NCBI GenBank assembly: GCA_903895255.1
Contig: CAITTG010000079.1
Span: forward strand, 947 to 64,946
Source of the DNA: an uncultured Verrucomicrobia subdivision 3 bacterium
Lineage (GTDB): Bacteria; Verrucomicrobiota; Verrucomicrobiia; Limisphaerales; UBA11358
Direction: 5' to 3'
Length of the DNA: 64,000 nt
The position numbers were made by a program, and so were the translations under genes. The notes under the pieces are model-generated. The model ran no database searches. It saw only the letters and a program-made list of their open reading frames with translations, and was not told the DNA's origin. The stretch's first letter is position 1, and each line of letters opens with the position of its first letter. Shown piece by piece: positions 57,649 to 64,000 of the stretch.

Positions 57649-58083
57649 TTACTGATTGCCCATGGGCGGATGCGTGTCTCCTCCCGGGCCGGCGGGCGCT
57701 CCGTCCGGCCCGCCTTGCGGCCCGTCACCGGGCCCGCCGCCAGGGCCTCCCGGGCCACCCTGGCCCTCGGGACCACCGCCACCCCGGCGGCCGGGGGGAT
57801 GCATTTTCTTGAGCTGCGCCATCTGTTCGGGCGTCAGGATTTTTTCCAATTTGCCTCGCACTTCGGTTTCCAGCGCCGCCAGTTGCGTCTTCTGGTCGTC
57901 CGTCAGGTTCAATTTCTGCTCGGCCCCGGGCGGCAGCAGATGAAAGCCGCCGCGCGGTCCGCGGGGACCATGTTCGCCGGCGGGCGGCTGCTGGCTGTCC
58001 GTCGGGGGAGTGGCGTCTTGGGCCAGGAGGAGACTGGTGGAGGCGCTGAGGGCCAGGGCCAGGAGGATTATCTTATTTTTCAT
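57649..58083 (-). CDS. Spy/CpxP-like (LTXXQ) periplasmic protein with Gly/Pro tail
   Basis: Signal peptide MKNKIILL; two LTxxQ motifs (LNLTDDQ, ILTPEQ). Confidence 0.75.
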   Translation of the reverse strand: MKNKIILLALALSASTSLLLAQDATPPTDSQQPPAGEHGPRGPRGGFHLLPPGAEQKLNLTDDQKTQLAALETEVRGKLEKILTPEQMAQLKKMHPPGRRGGGGPEGQGGPGGPGGGPGDGPQGGPDGAPAGPGGDTHPPMGNQ

Positions 58084-58150
58084 AATATGTTTTGTTGTTG
58101 GTTTGCTATTGATCATAACGTTGATCATGCCGCCACTCTACACTCAGCCA

Positions 58151-58169
58151 GCTTAAGGGAACATTAAAC
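58151..58169 (-). promoter_or_regulatory. Candidate OmpR-family box upstream of the Spy-like gene
   Basis: TTAA-N7-TTAA direct repeat (11-bp period) upstream of a TAGAGT -10-like box. Confidence 0.35.
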
Positions 58170-58363
58170 CCCTAAAAGTTGCCGGATAATTTTTCAACTT
58201 GGACCAATTGAGGGCGGGAGCCTCAGGATGCGCCGGACTGGGATATTCTTTGGTTAAAAATTTGACCTTCCCTTTAGGGCAGGTATGCTTGGGCACGTTT
58301 TTTGCCAACCCACTGCAAAGACCTCGTGGTCAGCCGGGGTTGGTGGCTTTTTAAATCAATGCC

Positions 58364-58888
58364 ATGTGCAAAGTCTTCTGGCTCTTCGGTCGCTCCGGCG
58401 CCGGCAAAACCACCCTGGCCCTCCGTCTGCGCGACGGACTGCTGGCCCGTGGCATCCCGGTGGCACACCTTGACGGGGATGAAATGCGTTCGACACTCTG
58501 CTCGGACTTGGGCTTCGACGCCGGGGCGCGCTTGGAGAATCACCGGCGAATTGCGGAAGTTTCCCGCGTGCTGGTCCGTCAGAATTTATATGTGGTTGTT
58601 TCCACGATGGCCCCCGAATACCGGCATCGCGACCTGCTTGCTCAAATTGTCGGGGACCATTTGGTCTGGTTTTATATCGATGCGCCGCTGGCAGTGTGCA
58701 TGGAGCGCGACCCGAAGGGGATCTACAAACGCGCCCAGGCAGGACAAGTCAAGCAATTGCTGGATTATCCCTTTGATGAACCCCGGCCCCAAGAGGCTGG
58801 TAACCGCATCAACACGGTCACGGAAAATGTGGCGGTATGCGAACAACGGATCCTGGAGCTGGCTCAGCGTCACCTGCGTCGGGTTTAG
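58364..58888 (+). CDS. cysC: Adenylyl-sulfate kinase
   Basis: GRSGAGKTT, LDGDEMR..L..DLGF and RDPKGIY. Confidence 0.9.
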   Translation: MCKVFWLFGRSGAGKTTLALRLRDGLLARGIPVAHLDGDEMRSTLCSDLGFDAGARLENHRRIAEVSRVLVRQNLYVVVSTMAPEYRHRDLLAQIVGDHLVWFYIDAPLAVCMERDPKGIYKRAQAGQVKQLLDYPFDEPRPQEAGNRINTVTENVAVCEQRILELAQRHLRRV

Positions 58889-58907
58889 CGACGTCGGTCC
58901 AATCTGG

Positions 58908-60266
58908 TCAATCCACTTGATCGCCGTTTTTGGAAAATTCCAGCCGAATGCGGCCGAGGGTTAGCACCAGCAATTGCAGCACAATGAGGCGAGTCACCAG
59001 GTTCCAGCCGAATACCAGGCTGGAATGATAATCCGGGGCGTCCTCGTAACGGATTAACTGGGAAAAAACCGAGCTGGCCACCACAAACAAGGTGGCCCAG
59101 CGGGTGTTCACCACCAGGGCGAGCAGGGCGCAGGGCAGCCCGTAAAACAGGATGAACTGCAGGTGTGGGTTGGCATTCATTTGGATCACTGCCACCAGCC
59201 CGAGCATGGCCGTCGCGATCAGGATCGTTCGCCAATTGGTCTGCCAGTCTTTTACCAGGGAAGTTTTTTCATCACTTGCACCCGATGGGGGATTGACCAC
59301 CCAATGTTTGAATAAGCGATAAACTCGCAACCAGCGTAGCGGGAAAAATTCAAAACCAGTCCGGATCAGGGAATCGTAAAGAGTGAGCGTTCGCCCAGTC
59401 AATTGGTCGCGAAACATTTCCCGGGACCCGGGTTCGTCGCCGGGATTTGTGGTTGCGGGTTGCAGCCATTTGGCTTGCAGACGCTCCCAGCGCTGCCGGT
59501 AGCGCTCCAGTTTGCGGGCAGCGGTCGGGGGGACCAGTTCCCGGGCATAATGCTGCCGCGCGATGATGCCGCTGCGGAGGTGGGCGTGATGCGGGGCCTG
59601 GTAAATGGCGGACATATCCGCCTCTTTGAGGGCGGTCATCCGCGGCGAAAAGGGAACGTCCAAAAATCCGCTCAGGTCGCGGCAGACCTCTTCGGTATGA
59701 TCCACGAGTTTCGCATAATCCACGCGGAAAACGCGCGCGCCTCGCCCTTCAATCCGTTCGAGCTGGTGCAAGGCCTGTTCTTGGGAATAAATCAACCGGC
59801 TGAGCATCCCGGCACGCCCAAAAAAACGGGAAGTTTGCCCGGCTTTCAGCACGCTGCGGTAAACTTCCACCGGATTGCGCCAGATGAAAATGAAGGCGGC
59901 GCGGGGATACTCCCGGTGCAGCTGTTCCAGCCGGGTGCAATAGAAGGGTGATTTTTCCCCGCAGACGGTCGCCCCCTTCTTGGTGGCAAAGGCGCGGTAC
60001 AAATCCAGCGGGGTGCGGATTTGGTAGAGCCTCCGATACACATTCGGAGGGGTCAACCCGTGGCGCGAGAGCGCCTGGTTGTAAAATTCCATGCGCGCCG
60101 CCCAATTCCGCTTGAAGCGCCGCTGAAGCAAGGGTGCCGGAAAATTCCAGACATCGCACTCATACATCAGCGCGATTTCCGGGTTTTGATTCAGCAGCGA
60201 GCAGAGCAGGGAGGTGCCGGAACGAAAGATCCCGACGATAAACACTGGGTTTTCGTTCAATGGCAT
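58908..60266 (-). CDS. Sulfotransferase fused to a C-terminal membrane domain
   Basis: FIVGIFRSGTSLL (5'-PSB), GEKSP and IWRNPVEVYRS (3'-PB); the last ~100 aa contain about four TM helices. Confidence 0.85.
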   Translation of the reverse strand: MPLNENPVFIVGIFRSGTSLLCSLLNQNPEIALMYECDVWNFPAPLLQRRFKRNWAARMEFYNQALSRHGLTPPNVYRRLYQIRTPLDLYRAFATKKGATVCGEKSPFYCTRLEQLHREYPRAAFIFIWRNPVEVYRSVLKAGQTSRFFGRAGMLSRLIYSQEQALHQLERIEGRGARVFRVDYAKLVDHTEEVCRDLSGFLDVPFSPRMTALKEADMSAIYQAPHHAHLRSGIIARQHYARELVPPTAARKLERYRQRWERLQAKWLQPATTNPGDEPGSREMFRDQLTGRTLTLYDSLIRTGFEFFPLRWLRVYRLFKHWVVNPPSGASDEKTSLVKDWQTNWRTILIATAMLGLVAVIQMNANPHLQFILFYGLPCALLALVVNTRWATLFVVASSVFSQLIRYEDAPDYHSSLVFGWNLVTRLIVLQLLVLTLGRIRLEFSKNGDQVD

Positions 60267-60364
60267 ATATCAAAACAAACAATAGCAAGAGCCACCAAAC
60301 GGTCGCAATCCCGAATGCCCCAAATTAAATGGTGCCGGTGGAAATTGGCGGCGACTTGCGCCAA

Positions 60365-61495
60365 TCAAACCAGTTTTTTCCATTTTTTATCGGCGCCCAA
60401 TCGCTTGACGAGGTCCTTGATTTTCTGCGCCTCGGCCTTGGTGGCGATCAGCACGGCATCATCGGTCTGCACCACGATGGTGTCCTGCAAGCCCACCAGG
60501 GTGATGGGAGTGCGGTTTTTCGTGCGGGCGTCGAACACAATGTTGCGGGCGGCGTCCACGTGGAGGAATTCACCCACGCCGCAGTTGCCGGCGGCATCCG
60601 GGGCCAGATGCCGCGCCAGTGCCGGCCAGGCGCCCAGGTCATCCCAGACAAACTTTCCATCCGCGCAAACCACATTGGTGGCGGGTTCGAGCAGGGCAAA
60701 ATCAATGGAGATTTTTTTGATGTCCGGATATTCCTTCGCCAGCAGGCGGGCGAGTTTGGCGGGTTGGGCGGCCACTTTCACCCAGCGCTGGCTGGCGGCA
60801 TACATTTCGGGCTGGTGCGCTTTCAACCCCGCCACCACGGTGGCGTAACTCCAGACAAACATGCCGGCATTCCAGCGGTATTTGCCGCTGGCCAGATAGC
60901 TCTCAGCGGTCGCGAGGTTGGGTTTTTCCACAAATTGTTCCGCCCGGTAAAAAGTGGTGGCGTAGGGCATGCCGCCGGGCGGTGGTGGGAGCTGGGCGCC
61001 GGTGCGAATGTAACCGTAGCCGGTCGCGGGTTCGGTGGGTTTGATGCCAATGGTCACGATCACCTCGGCACGGCTGGCCACCGTCAGCGCATCTGTCAGG
61101 ACCTGCTGGAATTCCTTTTCACTAGGAATGACATGGTCGGCGGGCAGCACAGCCATGACTCCCCTGGTGGAGCGGGCACCCACCAGCGCGGCCCCGAGGG
61201 CCACGGCGGCGCAAGTGTCCCGGCCCATGGGCTCGGCCACGACATTGTCCTTGGGCAGTTTGGGCAGTTGTTTACGCACCGCGGCCGCCTGGGTCTGATT
61301 CGTGATGATGAAAATGTTTTTGAGCGGGACCAGCGGCAGCACCCGGTCCACGGCCTGTTGCAGGAAGGAGCGCTTGCCGATCAGCGTGAGCAGTTGCTTG
61401 GGGGTTTTCTCCCGGCTCAAAGGCCAGAAACGCTCGCCGCGACCGCCGGCCATGATGACGACAAAGTGATCCTGATTTTGGATGCTGGATTTCAT
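60365..61495 (-). CDS. manC: Mannose-1-phosphate guanylyltransferase
   Basis: IMAGGRGERFWPLSR..PKQ, LPADH, TGYGYI, FVEKP, WNAGMF and WDDLG. No PMI domain. Confidence 0.9.
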   Translation of the reverse strand: MKSSIQNQDHFVVIMAGGRGERFWPLSREKTPKQLLTLIGKRSFLQQAVDRVLPLVPLKNIFIITNQTQAAAVRKQLPKLPKDNVVAEPMGRDTCAAVALGAALVGARSTRGVMAVLPADHVIPSEKEFQQVLTDALTVASRAEVIVTIGIKPTEPATGYGYIRTGAQLPPPPGGMPYATTFYRAEQFVEKPNLATAESYLASGKYRWNAGMFVWSYATVVAGLKAHQPEMYAASQRWVKVAAQPAKLARLLAKEYPDIKKISIDFALLEPATNVVCADGKFVWDDLGAWPALARHLAPDAAGNCGVGEFLHVDAARNIVFDARTKNRTPITLVGLQDTIVVQTDDAVLIATKAEAQKIKDLVKRLGADKKWKKLV

Positions 61496-61614
61496 AATGT
61501 TTTCCCCGCGCAAGCTAACATCTCCCGGGGGATGGGGGGAAGTCCAAAGTCCGGCGGCCGCAGTGGTGACAATTAGGCTTTCGCCGCCCCCCCGCCTTCG
61601 GCTAAAGTGCCGTC

Positions 61615-63194
<1,580 letters not shown>

Positions 63195-63298
63195 AAGTCC
63201 GTCAGCGTTTCAGTAATTGGTTTTAATGTCGGCTCCCTGCGGTTGCGAGAACGCACTCGTCACTTGTCACCGGCCATTGCCCTCTGGCATCCTGAGCT

Positions 63299-64000
63299 GT
63301 GCCGATTCAATCGCCGTCCAACTACCGTCTCGTCCAACTGGCCTCCGGGGCGCACAGCATTCATTCGCTGGCGCATCGCGAAACCTTTCATCCCGTGATC
63401 GGGCCGGTGCTGGAGGCGGAGGCACTGTATGTGAATCAGCTCCGGCTGCGCGAGCGGATGGCTGGTCATGCGGGGGAGTTTGTGATTTGGGATGTGGGTT
63501 TGGGCGCGGCGGCGAACGCCGTCACCGTATTAAAGGCCACGGCCGGGATTCCCGCGACGGTCCGGATGGTGAGTTTTGACTGCACCCCGGAGCCGCTGGA
63601 ATTCTCCCTGCAAAACGCCGCCGCCCTCGGATACTTTGGTGGTTTTGAGGAGCATCTCCAAACCTTGCTCCGGGAACATCGCGTCCGCTTTGCCAATGCT
63701 CAGCAAACGGTGGACTGGGAACTGCACCTCGCGGATTTTCCCACCCTGTTGCACCAGCCCGTGGCGGAGCAACTGCCCAAGCCGCACGCCATTCTTTTCG
63801 ATGCCTTTTCCCCGGCCAAGAACCCGCACATGTGGACACCGCAATTGTTCACCCGGCTCTTCCAGTTGCTGGACCCGTCGCGGCCCTGTGCGCTGCCCAC
63901 CTACTCCCGCGCCACGATGCTGCGGGTGACCCTGCTGCTGGCGGGCTTTTATGTGGGGGTCGGCCATGCCACGGGCGAGAAGGAGGAAACCACCCTGGCG
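63299..64000 (+). CDS. MnmD/MnmC-like SAM-dependent tRNA methyltransferase (partial; not in the ORF track)
   Basis: Frame open from GTG 63299 to the window end: ETFHP...EAEALYV, WDVGLGAAAN, FDAFSPAKNPHMW and TYS. Confidence 0.82.
   Translation, partial: MPIQSPSNYRLVQLASGAHSIHSLAHRETFHPVIGPVLEAEALYVNQLRLRERMAGHAGEFVIWDVGLGAAANAVTVLKATAGIPATVRMVSFDCTPEPLEFSLQNAAALGYFGGFEEHLQTLLREHRVRFANAQQTVDWELHLADFPTLLHQPVAEQLPKPHAILFDAFSPAKNPHMWTPQLFTRLFQLLDPSRPCALPTYSRATMLRVTLLLAGFYVGVGHATGEKEETTLA

Overview
A 64 kb, GC-rich bacterial chromosomal window with no rRNA, tRNA, CRISPR array, integrase or transposase that I can detect. The gene content suggests Verrucomicrobiota (inference, not proven): PEP-CTERM proteins, H-X9-DG prepilins, a large beta-strand-repeat passenger protein, and secreted proteins ending in FYR[L/V]. 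Housekeeping genes (fumarase alpha subunit, alr, rpsU, rnr, cysC, manC, tgt, partial mnmD-like) are mixed with accessory loci. These are two toxin-antitoxin modules missed by the ORF track (one with a nonsense codon), a tandem PEP-CTERM pair with constant ends and divergent cores, a sulfatase plus OprB porin, a TetR-controlled RND pump with two visible operators, and many secreted glycan-related proteins. The most interesting signal is a cassette that occurs twice: dedicated regulator, putative operator, very large secreted non-catalytic protein ending in a shared FYR C-terminal domain, terminator-like hairpin, then a variable-head prepilin. One copy continues into a CBM-like protein and a GH16 beta-glucanase. 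This looks like a SusC/SusD-free, pilin-based polysaccharide-utilisation or surface-display system. All product calls come from motif recognition by eye; no database searches were run.
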